Origin: Octopus sinensis
Lineage: Eukaryota
Direction of reading: 5' to 3'
Assembly (NCBI RefSeq): GCF_006345805.1
Contig: NC_042999.1
Coordinates: 121,644,001 to 121,708,000, forward strand
Length of the DNA: 64,000 nt
Shown here: piece by piece, positions 27,029 to 41,100 of the stretch
Layout of the letters: each line of letters opens with the position of its first letter
Position numbering within the stretch: the stretch's first letter is position 1
Made by a program: the position numbers and the translations under genes
Notes under the pieces: generated by a model
The model's database searches: none
The model's input: only the letters and a program-made list of their open reading frames with translations
Told to the model about the DNA's origin: nothing

Positions 27029-27133
27029 AAGTTTTACTGCATCCTGTCCTAAAAATTGCTTTCCCTAAAACCTAAATGACCAACAGTTTGTTTTAAGGAA
27101 AGGCAATTATAAAAACAGGATGCTGTAAAACTT
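27029..27133. repeat. Imperfect hairpin, about 43-bp arms and 18-nt loop
   Basis: aagttttactgcatcctgtcctaaaaattgctttccctaaaac pairs with gttttaaggaaaggcaattataaaaacaggatgctgtaaaactt. Confidence 0.85.
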
Positions 27134-28409
27134 TTCTGATGGTACTTGAAGTTTAAAAACCATCTCATAGTTTCTCTATTTATTGACATTCTATGGAATT
27201 AATCTTGATTTTAAAAGCAAACATAAATTTTTGAAACACTCTATGTGTTTAAATTGATAAAACTAAGATGAAACAAAATTAACTGTAAGAAAACATATTG
27301 CAAATTCTAAGGTAGATCGCTAGAATGATTTACAAGTTGTGTATTATAAATATAAAATGATGATTTATTGGTTAACACATTGAAGCATTAATAAGTCTTT
27401 TACACGAGAAGAAAATGTATTTAAAAAAAGAAGAGCAGATATTTTGGATTCATAAAATTATCCATTTTTGAAAATTACTTTTGTTCAAAAAATAAAAATG
27501 AAAATTTAAATAATTACTCATTAATGTTTCAGTTATTTTTCTCTCAAATTTAACCAATGGAGTTTTCCTTTATATTATTTTATAGTCGCTTTGCTAAATT
27601 GACTACTGATAAAAATCATTTTCATGAAACATAAAGGATGCAAATGGCACACGATCCTCACAAGTTCACTGACTACTGTCTATAAACAGAAGTCATTAAA
27701 ACAATGTAATTAGAATTTAATTAAATTATAAAAAATGTTTATTTGAGTTTTAAATTACAGTTACTCTCCTTATGTAGATTTCTAAAATTTGTTCTGAAGG
27801 AATTTGATTTTGAGCCCTTAAAATTTAGGACATTTATATTTCTCAAGGATACACACTTTTTTTAGAAAATCAGTAGCATCTGAGGAAATTACTTATATTC
27901 TGTGTCAAAAAACTATAATATAAATAATAAAACTGAAATAGATATACCATATTCACTGTTGGTAATGAAAAAATTAAGGAAGTGGAGGATAGCTATTGTG
28001 TAAAGGAAATAACACATTTCATCAAACTCAGGAAAAAAATGATGAGTTTTTACTATATAGTCATTAGAAATAAAGAAATTGTGAGAAGGAGATGATGGTT
28101 CTTGTGTGTAAGATGATAAAAAGAAAAGTCAAGATAGTTGATAATAAAAAGAGAAGAAAATGTGAGAGATATCAGCAGTGGCAATGCTTTCAAAGAAAGA
28201 AGTATCAGAGATGGTAACAGTAAAGTATATGTATATATGTGTGTGTGTGTGTGTGTCTGTATGAGTGCTTGTGCAAATGAGAAGGTATTTCCTTCATCTA
28301 CACATGTGTTTGTTTTCTTGTTGTAAGCAAAAAATTCATTCATATAGCATCTATTGTTTCCAATTAATAATTTCAACATGTCTACAGTTGTTGCTTAATA
28401 GACTTGGAG

Positions 28410-28545
28410 ATTATTACTTGACTTGGAGAAAAGTGAGTGTGTAGCAATAGGAAGGGCATCTGGCCATAGAAACCATTGTCCTAATTTATTCTCATCTGAC
28501 CCATGAAAGCATGGAAAAGTGGATGTTAAAATGATGATGATAGTG
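28410..28545 (+). mobile_element. SINE/RTE-type 3' tail fragment
   Basis: aggaagggcatctggccatagaaacc...gcatggaaaagtggatgttaaaatgatgatga matches 3775-3870. Confidence 0.7.
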
Positions 28546-31500
28546 TTGGTGGTTGGATGAATGAAAGAAATGAAAGCAGTGGATTCATCTTTAGAGATTA
28601 CAAATATAGTTACCACTGTAATGATTATAGAATACTGGGATATGTCCAGAAAACTGGGCAATGGCCTGGGTTTTACTGCCTCATCCCAATAGTTTGTAGA
28701 TACATAGTGCCAGAAAATCAGAACAGTTGAGGTTAAGGACAAGTTTTGTTAAACAAAGGACAGTGGTGGTGCTGCAGTTGATGTAAAGTATATTTTCTTT
28801 CAGTGGTAACTATTTATCTTTGACTTTCAAGCTTCATAGCTCCAAATCAGAAGGAACCAGTATGAATGGCATTTTGGAGGAGTTTTGTATTATTGAAGCT
28901 GTTACATTGTTTATTTTCTAAATACTCCCTGTTTCTCAAGAAATTAAGGATATTTAAAATAAATGAATGATAATTTACCAACCATGTTCCATGCTGGCAT
29001 GGGTCGGATGGTTTGACATGATCAAGCAGGTCTTATGACTTGCATCATGCTCCCCTCTAGTGAGATGGTTTTGTGTAGTGAGAAAGATAAGTGATATTTG
29101 TGCATTTCTGGCTGCCAAGTAAGTCTGTATATTTAGCCAAGAAGTGACAGTGTTTATAGTTTATTTGATACTTCCTATGTTTGTGAGCTCAATTTTGATT
29201 TTAAAAAAGGTATTTGTTGTTGCTGTTGTGTAAGCATAAGTCTTCTGTAGTTGAGTGTATGCAGAAACAAAGGCAATCCAGCCATGACCATGTCTTTTTT
29301 TTTATATCCAGGTTTTCACTGTTCAATGTATCCATAGTTGCTTAACTTTTGATTTCCTATTCATAATTTGTGCAGTGGCTATAGTAGTCTCATATATTTC
29401 TCATATCACATAAATGGAAAGAGGAAAACTTTTATAAATGACCTCAGTGATGCCAGAATCTAAGAGAATGAAATTTATGGATACTTTAAAGGTATTACAA
29501 ATTAAGCTGTTCAAACCAAAAATTTAATTTGCTATCATATTTTGTGCTACAATAGTTATCTTTCTATACTTTTGGATGTCTTGAACAATCATTAAATCTC
29601 TGTAAATCTTCATTCCTTATGTTAAAATAATCACCTATGTGAGTATATTTGTATGTGTGTATTTAAGTGTGTTCATTTACATATGCATGTTTCATCTTTC
29701 CCAAATGGTTCTTTATTATTTCTATATTTCTTTTATTCATTTCAAGTTGTGATTATTCAATAAAAGCCAGTCTTTTGAAGAAGTGTGTTTTGATATTTAC
29801 TTTCCTGAAAGTATTGTGGTCATCTCTTTTTTTGAGATGCATATTGTTGAAGATTTTAGCAATAATGAATGTTGAAATCTAAAGAATTTAAAGAATAATA
29901 GAAAAGGATATGAAATTCTAAAGGAAGGGCAAAGTATAGAAATGACACACCTTCAACAAAATGATGAAAAGATTTGATAATTTACAAAGAGATTAGGATG
30001 CACATATTCATAGAAAAGTACTTGCAGCATTTGTATTCTTTTAGAAATACATGAAATTTATCATGCACATTTCTTTAAGGCTGTAAAACAATCTAAAAAA
30101 ATTAGAGCAACTGTCATTTGAAAATAAAATATACCTAAATCTATTGAGTTTCATATCACATCTGATTATATATTATATTATAATGCAAAATTTTCAACTT
30201 AGAAATTATTTATTTCCTCTAATTAGTTTATTTCCTTTTATAATTATATTTATTCATTTTTTTATTCTTTTGAGTGTACTTCACATCACAGATTTTCTTT
30301 GTAAATAAGAAAAACTGTTTTGCATCTTAATTTAATACATTTTAAACTGTTTTAATACTCCTAAGTGACAAGTGATTCTTATTTAAGAAAATAAATAACT
30401 AGGTAATGATAAGAATACTGTATGATGCATATAAGAGAATATCTAGTTTGACAGTAGCATAGTAAATGAAAATAATTTATAAGGAGGATTCATTGATTTT
30501 TTGAAGTTATATAGCAGAGTTTTTATACTTAAAAAAACAACAACAATAAATAAATGAATATTTGTGAATGTCTCCTATAAATTTGCAATTCTGAATTGCT
30601 AGAAAAATCAATAATTTATGTGTCTACACCAGATTTTATTTTGTTTATCATCATTCATATGTTTACAATACAACAAATGCAAATTGATTTTGTTAAAAAA
30701 TATTATAGATGGCACATATAGTATTTTTCAATTATACTCTTTGAAAGAAAATATGCTAATAAGATGATCTCGAAGAAAAAAAAAACAAACAAATTCAGAA
30801 GCAATGAATAAAGTTATAAATGGTAAATGAAACATGGTACCGTAAAAGGCCAATCATAGAAATCTAAAATGTAAAAGTGGATTTGAAGAAAACAAAAAAT
30901 TTTGGCTTTTAAGTAATCTAAAATCTTGATTTGCAGTGTATTGTCTAAAGGAATACAAAATTTTAATCAGATATTCTTAGTATTCCAAAATATGCAAAAA
31001 TTAGTGTATGTAAATATAACTGGTTTCTGTTTTTCAAGCAAGAGCTAATTATTTCTAAGGCAAGGGTGTTGCTGATTAAATTGTTGACAAGATATTTGAA
31101 TACATTTTGCAAGCTCTTTGTTGAGTGAAAAAAGTTTTTTTTTTTCCTAATTTCACAAGGTATTGTATAGAACAATACACATCACTGATTTGGCAATGCA
31201 GTGATTTTATTCCACCTAGCTTTCCTGTTTGGTTCAAAATATCCAACAATTAACTTCAATATTATGTTGCATACATTTACCATTAATTTCATTGTGTTTG
31301 GACTAAATGTTGTGATACTTTCGTTTAAAATTCAATTACAAATGTTAATACATGATAAATATAATTAGCTTAACGACTTGTTGGGTGTTCCCATAGTACT
31401 TACATATCTTTCATCTATACCAATAAAAGTGCCACAAACGTGTTTGTTAATGATACATATAACCTTAATGTTTTGAGTAAAATAAGGAGTTTAGATATTT

Positions 31501-31695
31501 GTATATTTTGTACACATATTGGTGGAATATGCAAAGTTATTGCAGTAGAGGACAGTAATTATGTTGCATGATTTGTTTCTAAAGATGGAGAAAAAATTTA
31601 TAGTATATGTATACATTAACATACACACTAACATACACACACACACACATATATACACACACACACATGTTAATATATATACATTAATATACATA

Positions 31696-31755
<60 letters not shown>

Positions 31756-31903
31756 GCATATATGCATATGCATATGTGTGTATATATGCATATGCATACA
31801 CACACACAAATGTACGTTTCTGTACATGTTTCAAAATTCAAACATTTTTTCAAATCAGTTCTCTTAGTTGAGATTCCTGCGGCCAAATAACTATGTAAAA
31901 AGA

Positions 31904-31949
<46 letters not shown>

Positions 31950-32295
31950 TATATATATAGATATGTGTATTTTTCCCTTGTTAATAATTATCACTGAAAA
32001 GATAGATAAATAGTTACCAGGGTAGCAAAAACTCACACAAGTAAAAAGGTTGTAGCTCCTTGTTTTTAAATGTAGAAACTCTGACTTTGCTTGAAATATT
32101 TTGTATAATATATATAAATAAATAAATGGAGTTAAACGCTGATGTTTTACTTCCAACACATGTTTCAAAGATATCACTGGTATTATGCCTAAGGAATAAA
32201 ATGGTGTAAAACAATGTAATCTTCTCTTCAGGGAAATGAAGAAATGAAACTCGTCAATAAGACATTTTAACAGAATATGATGAGTATGTATAGTG
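31950..32295 (-). mobile_element. Penelope-like pseudo-LTR-type fragment between (TA)n tracts
   Basis: Flanked by (TA)n on both sides and carries a hammerhead motif, a hallmark of PLE pLTRs. Confidence 0.6.
32149..32237 (-). ncRNA. Type I hammerhead ribozyme motif with intact core
   Basis: Minus strand: AUUUCC-CUGAAGA-GAAGAU...AUCUUU-GAAAC-AUGU-GUU-GGAAGU; stem I 6 bp, long stem II, minimal stem III overlapping palindrome ACAUGU. Confidence 0.75.
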
Positions 32296-32311
32296 ATATA
32301 TATATATATAT

Positions 32312-32437
32312 AAAAGTAAATAAATGGCACAACAAAGTACCGATATTTACTGGAAAATAGCGAACGTAATAAATATTTATTACATTCGCTATTTTCCAGT
32401 AAATATCGGTACTTCGTTGTGCCATTTATTTACTTTT
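32312..32437. repeat. 126-bp loop-less palindrome
   Basis: Centre at 32374/32375; 61 of 63 pairs match; both mismatches are CpG transitions. Confidence 0.97.
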
Positions 32438-32528
32438 GTGTATAATTTTACCCTCACGGGCTATCCTTTACTGGAAAGCAATACTCTCGTATTGCATTAC
32501 TATATATATATATATGTATATATATATG

Positions 32529-32580
32529 CCCCAGCATGACCACATCCTTGAAGCTGAAATGTAAAAGAAAAAAGAGAATG
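32529..32580 (+). mobile_element. Isolated 3' tail of the CORE-type SINE
   Basis: ccagcatgaccaca...gctgaaatgtaaaagaaaaaagagaat matches 17499-17548. Confidence 0.6.
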
Positions 32581-33620
32581 TCACAGTGTCAGAAACTAAA
32601 AAATTACTAGGCAATAGAATACTTGTTTGTATTAGATAATCAACTCATATTTCAGTACTTTAATTTTGTGTCAAAATTTTACCCACACTAATATATTCTT
32701 TCACCTATTAAAAAGTATTTGGTATGGCTTATGAAAGAATAAGCTATATCTATCAGGTGAACTATATCTGGTAACTAGATCTATGATATGAAAAGTAAAT
32801 AATACATCTCTCTTATAAATCCTTGTAACTAATCCATCTCACCAGTGAGAATGATATTAACACCTTTGTTTTTTCAAAATAAAAGAATAGGATATTTTAT
32901 CTAAAAATACTGGATTTTGGATGATTTAATCCTTTCTACATAAAAGCATTCATCTGCACTTTGTTTTGACTGAGTGCAAATTATTACTAATATGAAACAA
33001 TATTCATAACATTTTACTTCAGAGCTGCATTGAAAAGAAGGATGTTTGAAAATATGTGCTTATTCTTTCTTCACTCAGAATTCATTGAAGTGAATAGGAT
33101 CATGATTTATTCTTATTTATTAAACCATTCTTAGAAATTTTTCATCTTGAAGAAAATATCTCTCAGCAAGAGATTATTGGCTTTGTTGTAGTTGTTGCTT
33201 AACCTTAGCTCAGACATTCTAGTTATGTCTATCTTTTCTTTTTGGATAGTTTGTCTCAGTCTACATTATCCAATATTTATAATTTTCTTTTGTTTTAAAG
33301 GTAAGATTGTACAGGGCATGATTCTATGCAGATTTGCCTGTTATTTATGTAGCAACTTAATTTTGTTTTCTTCATAACTGTTCATTGTAATCTTACATTT
33401 CCCCAAAAAATAATAGAAATATAGCTTTAAGTAGCAAGGAAATGTAAAATTGTTTCATATATTAGGTAAAGTCCCTTTATTTTGAGTTCCTGAAATTTAC
33501 TGAAAAAATATTAAATTCCTAAGGAATATGCTTTGTGTATACCAGTTGTTTTCTCAGGATTGCTAGGAACAAAACCATTCATACCTTAGGAGCTAGCCAT
33601 CATCGACCATAGTTTGTAAT

Positions 33621-34243
<623 letters not shown>

Positions 34244-34671
34244 CAGTAATGTCTTGATATACGAGTTAATTTGTTCCCAGAGACTGCTTTTAGAATTAAA
34301 ACTCATAAATAAATGGCAATAAAACAACAGTAGAATATAAAGAATATTTTATGTAAAGTAAAAAGATTCTCAATATCAGCTATAATACAAAATGTTATTA
34401 TTATAATCGTTTGCTGAATCATTTTCACTTGCACTGGATGCATGCACACCATCTCACTTAGAGACTTGTAGATTTCTTTTTAAAAAACAAGTCTAGAATT
34501 GTTTGCTTAGAAGAAGCATTTTGCTTTTGATTTCTATAAATTTCTCGGTAACACATAAGCATTTGTTGAAACTTTTGCACTTCATTCAAAATTTGGATCT
34601 TGTGCTTGGAAAATAAGACTCATAAACCCAGGGTCTCATAAACCAGGTCCTCATATAGTGAAGTATTACTG
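34244..34671. mobile_element. Tigger/pogo-like MITE (428 bp)
   Basis: TIRs cagtaatgtcttgatatacgag and ctcatatagtgaagtattactg, flanked by TA on both sides, no coding capacity. Confidence 0.75.
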
Positions 34672-34999
34672 TATATATATATATGTACACATCAAAAATG
34701 TTAAGTCATTTGAGATTTCTTCAATGTTAAGAAGACATCAAATGGAAGAGAATTTCTTTCTTGAAATATTAAATTGCTTTGTAGAAATTAACATGTAAAG
34801 AAGAAATTAAATAATTTTTTATGCTACAAAGTGTATGGAAAGAGGGAGAATGCCTGTAATATTCATAGACTTTTCTCACTTTTTGAGGTTAGTGCAATTA
34901 ATGTTTAACTTGAATTTCTGTAAGTTTATAACTGCATGGAAAGTGTGAACAGTGTAAGATTTAACAGTGTAAGATTTTCTGAGGAATAAGAATTTAAAT

Positions 35000-36300
35000 A
35001 AAATAGTTATAGGTGCTAGGAAGAGAAGTTGTAGGTATGGCATGAGAAAGAGAAGCAGTTTTGTTTCTTAGTCTAGAGGAGCAGAATCCATTGTAGGAAC
35101 ATTATATGCAACATAAAGCAAAGCCTATCGATTAGTAGGATAATCATTGTAGTGAGTAAAGAGTTATTAATTAATAGAAGAGACTTTTTCCACAATATCA
35201 TGAAAAATAGTTTTGTCTAGAAGCTGTTCACCTCATACACAGGTGCAATATTCCAGTATAGGTCATATTTCCACTTTGTGTTTGCAACTGTTCAAACATG
35301 AAATAGTTTCTCAATTAGAAAGATTAAGCATAACGTTTGAATATGCTGAGATACGGAGCCACTCTGGCATGTTAGTAGAAACATCAAGGCCTTTTCTAAA
35401 GTTTATAAAAATTTTAATTATATTTTGCTCACAATTAAGGAAGGTATCATGGTAGATGTATTTATTCCATATGTATAATGAGTGCATCCTGAGACCATTG
35501 AATGAGAGTAAATCACCATAGTGTCAGGTAATGTCTACAAAGTCTCAGTTCGTAGATATACATGCAGTATATTTTTTTATATTAGTGTTGAGATATGGGG
35601 AAAACACCTGTTTGTAAAACGTTATTGAGTAATGGCAATATGTATAGAACTGACATTGTAATGACAATATGTATAGAACTCACATTGAGATTATTAATGT
35701 AAAGGATACATACTCAAACATTGAGATACATCTCAGTTGTTAAAATATCAAACGGAGAGATGCTCATCAGTAGATACTGCTAGATAGTGGTTCAGCAAGA
35801 AATTTCCAATCCAAGAGATTACAATTGGATGGAGCCTATGTATGGGAAACTATGAGAGACTGTTCTAAATCTAGATGTGTTTAAGCATTTTGCTGATTCA
35901 AAAATAACAATATTGCTTTCTAAATCTTCAAATGTGAGACACTACTTGTGCATTGTGCATGGAAGCACTAGTATGATTTCTGTATAACTACAGAACTGAA
36001 AGTGAAGAGCGAATGAAGGTGATAAATGTGGTTGTCCTTTACTATCATTTTCAAAAGCTGTTGAAATTTTGGAAGTTGGGATGATATAGCAGATGTTGAT
36101 AGAATGACAAACACTACTATTTTAGAATGAGTAATTCAATCAAGTGCTGGGTTCCATAACTATAAAGAAAGAATGAGAGAGAGAGGAAGTGTGAGAGAGA
36201 CTTCAAAACAGCTGCTTTGTGTTGGAATAATCAGATAGGTTTCCAGACTTAGTGCATTGTACATAGTGTATTGCGGACAATAAAGATCAACACAAAAATG
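35000..36300 (-). mobile_element. Very old CR1/L2/Jockey-group LINE RT fossil
   Basis: gtgcaatattccagtataggtc reads P.LEYCT on the minus strand (cf. RP.LEYC); other weak RT-like traces; clade assignment uncertain. Confidence 0.45.
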
Positions 36301-38112
36301 TTTCAAAAGTGTTCTGTTCAGCTGCAAGTAAATTTGATGGTAACGAAAGAATACTTATAGAAGCATTTTCAGTGATGAGTGGAAAGTAAAACAAGTCCAA
36401 CAAATCCAGCAAATCCAGTTGAAATTATGGAGATGTGTGTGATTGAAAGCTATAAAATATATGAAAAAAATATTTTTACTAGCACTGTGGTGATGTGCAA
36501 ACTCCTCCCAGTTTTATGATGGAGGTTTCACACCAGCTGATTAAAGTGGTAGCAGCTGCAGTAGTGAGTGACGATTTTGGTGGATTTGAAGTTTTCGGCA
36601 TTAGTAGTGGAAGAGTATATCAGAGGAGAAATTTAGTTATTTGTTTAACTGTTTTGGATACATTTGGTTTTGGTTATCTGATCATCAGTTTTATAAGCTG
36701 AATTTTTTGGTTACTTCTTACTTGTCTCAGCTAGATGATGGTTTGATTTACTTAGTTGTCTCCAACAGTGGAGCGTTTGAGTTACTTAACAATTTAATAG
36801 ATCCAGTGTATTTAAATTGAATGTAATGTAATGATCAAGATTTCAGTTTGTTTCAGCTTCATATATAATCAAGTGAAAAACTGTCTGGAACTAAACAAAC
36901 AAGATAAGCAAAAACTATACAAACAAGATAAGCAAGAAATAAATAAAAGCAATCAAAAGTACACTGATTATAGTTTTTAGCTTTACAGAATAAAAAAAAA
37001 AAACAAAAACAAAGAGTTTGTGTTTTGCTTAACTGCTTAGTTTTTTTTTTTTTTTTTTTCAACAGCATTTTTCTTAAGATGTTGAACGAAATATATAAAC
37101 CACAAATTAGATAATTTACAAAAGCACAATCTGCCCAGCCTGTCTGTCATTGCTTCCTTAGTATGATGAAACAGAAAGCAAGGAGTAACTAGAATTCAAA
37201 ATTAAACATTGATCTTTTGTTGGCATGTCAAAATTACATTATAGCTGAAATTTGTACTAAATTGTACTAAACTTCCAATGTACACACAAAACTTTATTCT
37301 GTTAGTTCAACTGTTTTTTTGTCTTCAATTTGTTTTCATAATTTAAAAACTGTAAGGTTAAGATGCTGCGCTACTAACTACATGAATACAAAATCAAATC
37401 TTGCTTCAGTTATTGTGCTGTATTCTTGGGTAAAGTTTTACATGCCAGTGTACTTGGCAATACCTGACTTTACTCTTAATCTGTGATTAGAGCATTAATG
37501 GTTTGGAAATACAGATTTTTGCAACTGCATGTAAATACAGGTATTTGTATATGATTTCCATACATTCTTGGAAAAAAAGCATCATTATAAAAGAGTATAA
37601 AAATATAAAAAGTAAAATGAAAAGCGTTTTCAGCTAGAACTACTCTCTTTGAAAAGGGGCATGTTTTGAAGCAAACTCTACTACACAAATTCACAAGTAT
37701 AATCATGATATGCATGGTATATCATTGCAAATAATACTAATGTCTCCTTCTCCTAAGATAAAACAATATTCCTTGGAGGGCTTTATTAAACTACACTTCT
37801 TATAAAATTAAAATATTTTGGTTCGTAAAATGATTTACATAAAAAAAATGCATTTGTATATACTGCTTTAAGGAAAATTTGTTTTTATTATATACCTAAT
37901 TGAATAGATGAAAAACAATATAGATTACATTTTTCTTTTCTAACTATTTGTATTGTTTTCATTTACAAGTTTCCTAATTCCTTCAGTCTTTATATCCGAA
38001 GTATTTTTTCTAGCTTTTATGCTGAAAAAGAAAACTATACAAATTCAGTTATGTTGTTTCTCCAGCTTTGAAATCAAAAGAAGTTAGGATGATTTTAAAA
38101 ATATAAATTAAT

Positions 38113-38167
<55 letters not shown>
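38113..38167. repeat. (TA)n(TG)n microsatellite
   Basis: Direct reading. Confidence 0.95.
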
Positions 38168-38169
<2 letters not shown>

Positions 38170-41100
38170 TACAATATAGTTTCCATTTAGAAAATTAAAT
38201 TTGATTAAGAATATTTCTGTAAGTTGCTCATTTAAACATAGGAGCATATAATTTAATATTACTATTTTAACTTGTAATATGTTAAAAAATTAATACCATA
38301 TTTGCCCACATATAATGTGCACACTCACATAAAATGCACTTCTACTTAATTTTTTACATCAATCCAAATAAAAATCTCGAATATAAAATAAATTCATACT
38401 ATTTGATAAAAACGAAGTAATTTACACAGGCATGTGTTTTATGCATTAACTTGGAATTTGATGGGCTATGTGACCCCTTGTCTCACTTTAATTTAGTGCT
38501 GACAGTTGATTAGTTATGAAAGCTAATATTTATCAGGTGAAATATGCATGTAAAACAAGTTACATAATTATAGCAATGCAGTAAACATAATAAAATGAAC
38601 CCTTAACGATGACTGAAGTTGAAAATTAAGTTGAGAATGCTAATGACATAACTGTTGAAATTATGGCTACTTTGTTTTAGATATTTTAAAAAAATGATTT
38701 ATAAAACTTGAATTAACAATAATAACCTATGACAAAAATCTATAATAAAAATTTTGTAATTTTATTTATTTAATACCTTTTAGGGGCATCATTTGTAATT
38801 TATGGATTGAAACACCAAATTATGTAAGAGCTACTATATAGCAAATGTATCTAATAAAAAGTAACATCGAACCATGTATAAAAGTAAAGCAAAGCAATTT
38901 GTAGCTATGACTGTTTTAGAAATGTAGGTTATTTGATAACATAGGAAGAAAGTTCTAAATACAAATATCAGAAATCAGAATGCTGCAGTGAAATACTTTT
39001 CCAATAAAATATGTAAACCATAAGAATGAAAGAAATAGCAGTTTTGATCCAAGTTTATTCTAATATGACTTTATATTACTTGTTTACTCTTTTTCACATG
39101 ATACTCATTATTTGGAAAATATTTGGCATCTTATTGCTTTAATAAACTAAGATTGTTTTTGAGAATATGTCTTACATCATATCATCTATCAACATGAATA
39201 CATAAGTTTAAAACTTTACAATATTGAAAATACTAGTGTCATAGATAAAACTGCAAAATGCAGAACAAAGTGATAAACTCATATAAAAATAAGCAATTAT
39301 TTTTTCATTATAATTTAGTAAAAGGTGTAACACAATTGAAATTTTATGGTATTACATGTCATTTTATTTTACTTATACACAGAAAAATATAATACATAGA
39401 AGTAAAGATATTCATTTCAATTGTCTAAGTAATATTATGAAAATAAAAAATGTGACTAAATATTCACTTTTGTATCAATAAGTTTTAACATAATGGGTGT
39501 TGTTCTTTATCAACCATGTTACAATAACATTTTCTATCACTATAATCATTATCATTGTGACTATCATTCATTTTCTCATGCTATTAAGAAGTGGATTACT
39601 ATATAATGAAAATGGTTCATCCTGCTATGCCTATCAACTGAAGAATCCAATCAGTAATCCTAATTTCTGTCCTATATTCATGTCAGCACTATCATCTCTT
39701 TTGTTTGGTCAACTAGGACAGAAATTGTAACCTTATTCAATAGAAATCTTCCCTTTCTGAATGTATTCTAAAATTTTACACATGAAATACATTTTCATTT
39801 CTTGATCAGAAAAGCTTGTATATTTTCTGCTCTTCATTCACATATTTCAATATTTTATTTGCATTTGAAACTTTTTCATAAGTACACACTTATATGTGCC
39901 ATATGTGGAATAGTATTTTTGAGCAATTCATATTAATTTTTAGCATTCATATATATATACATGGTTATCAATCTTAGAATAAACATTTCCTATGTAATTA
40001 TCATTGCTTTTAATAATTGTTTAGAGTATTTCTTATTGTGTTCCAGAGAAATTTACAATTGTTTATGCTATTAATAATATGTGAGTTATAATAATTTGTG
40101 TAGATTCATTGGTTTAGATGAAATTTCTGAAAGTTGTTGGCATGAAATATTTATGGGATCTTTTTATACTATTTCTTATTTATATAGAGCTTTTATTAGA
40201 AGAATATTTATTAACACTCAGTATGCAGAACAGTTACAAATTAAAATTTTAATCCTCCCACTTAGCAAAAAAAAAGGATTAGGAAAAGCAAATTTCAAGG
40301 TATCTTGTATAGCAATAACAAAACCAATCTGCACCCTTATTGTACAAAGATACAATCAAACCAAAGAATTTCATTTTAACGGTTAATTTTCTTCAATTTT
40401 CCTGTAACTGTATTTTTGGTTCATTTTCAATTGCTCTTAAGATATGAGGAATATAAAAGTTAATTAGATAGTTTTCTCACTAATGGTAATTTTTGTGAAT
40501 GAACATATAGACATATCCTTTCCACAGTCATACTAGTTTTGTTCTAATACAATGTTGCTAGAGATTTTAGTTGAGGCTGATGCTGGTATTGTGATAATTT
40601 CTATGTGACTCAGTTTCAGTTCTCTCAAGAATTTATTCACCTCTCAGTACTAAACTTCTTTTTAAAAAATCCTGAACATATATCCTATCTCTTAAATGTG
40701 TCAAGTATCAAGTAAGCTTTTAATAAGCATTGAGCTGCTATAACTTCATGATAGAGGAATTTCATGATAAATTTTGTTCACTGAAATTTAAAATTTGTCT
40801 AATAGTACAGTCCAGCATATGAACTTTTCTGTCTATCTTTTTTCTCAGTGCATTTTTCTTTAAATAATTCTCGACACTTCTTACAATTTTTAGATTCTCT
40901 TTTTTTTTATTATAAATTTTCACAGATTAGTAGATAATTATTTAAATTTAATTTTTTCTCAACAAAAATTCATAAATTATTTGTTCTAATATCTCTTAAC
41001 AACTCATTCTGATACTTTTCTTCACCCTCTCACTTTGTATATACATCTGTGTTATTGCGTATATATTTTTCTCTTGCCTTTTGCCCAGACTTTCTGCTTT

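Noticed and set aside
35629-35688. 29-bp tandem duplication, same unit length as that at 16179; CRISPR-like spacing considered
   Set aside because: Two adjacent copies without spacers and unrelated sequences; ordinary slippage duplications in eukaryotic DNA
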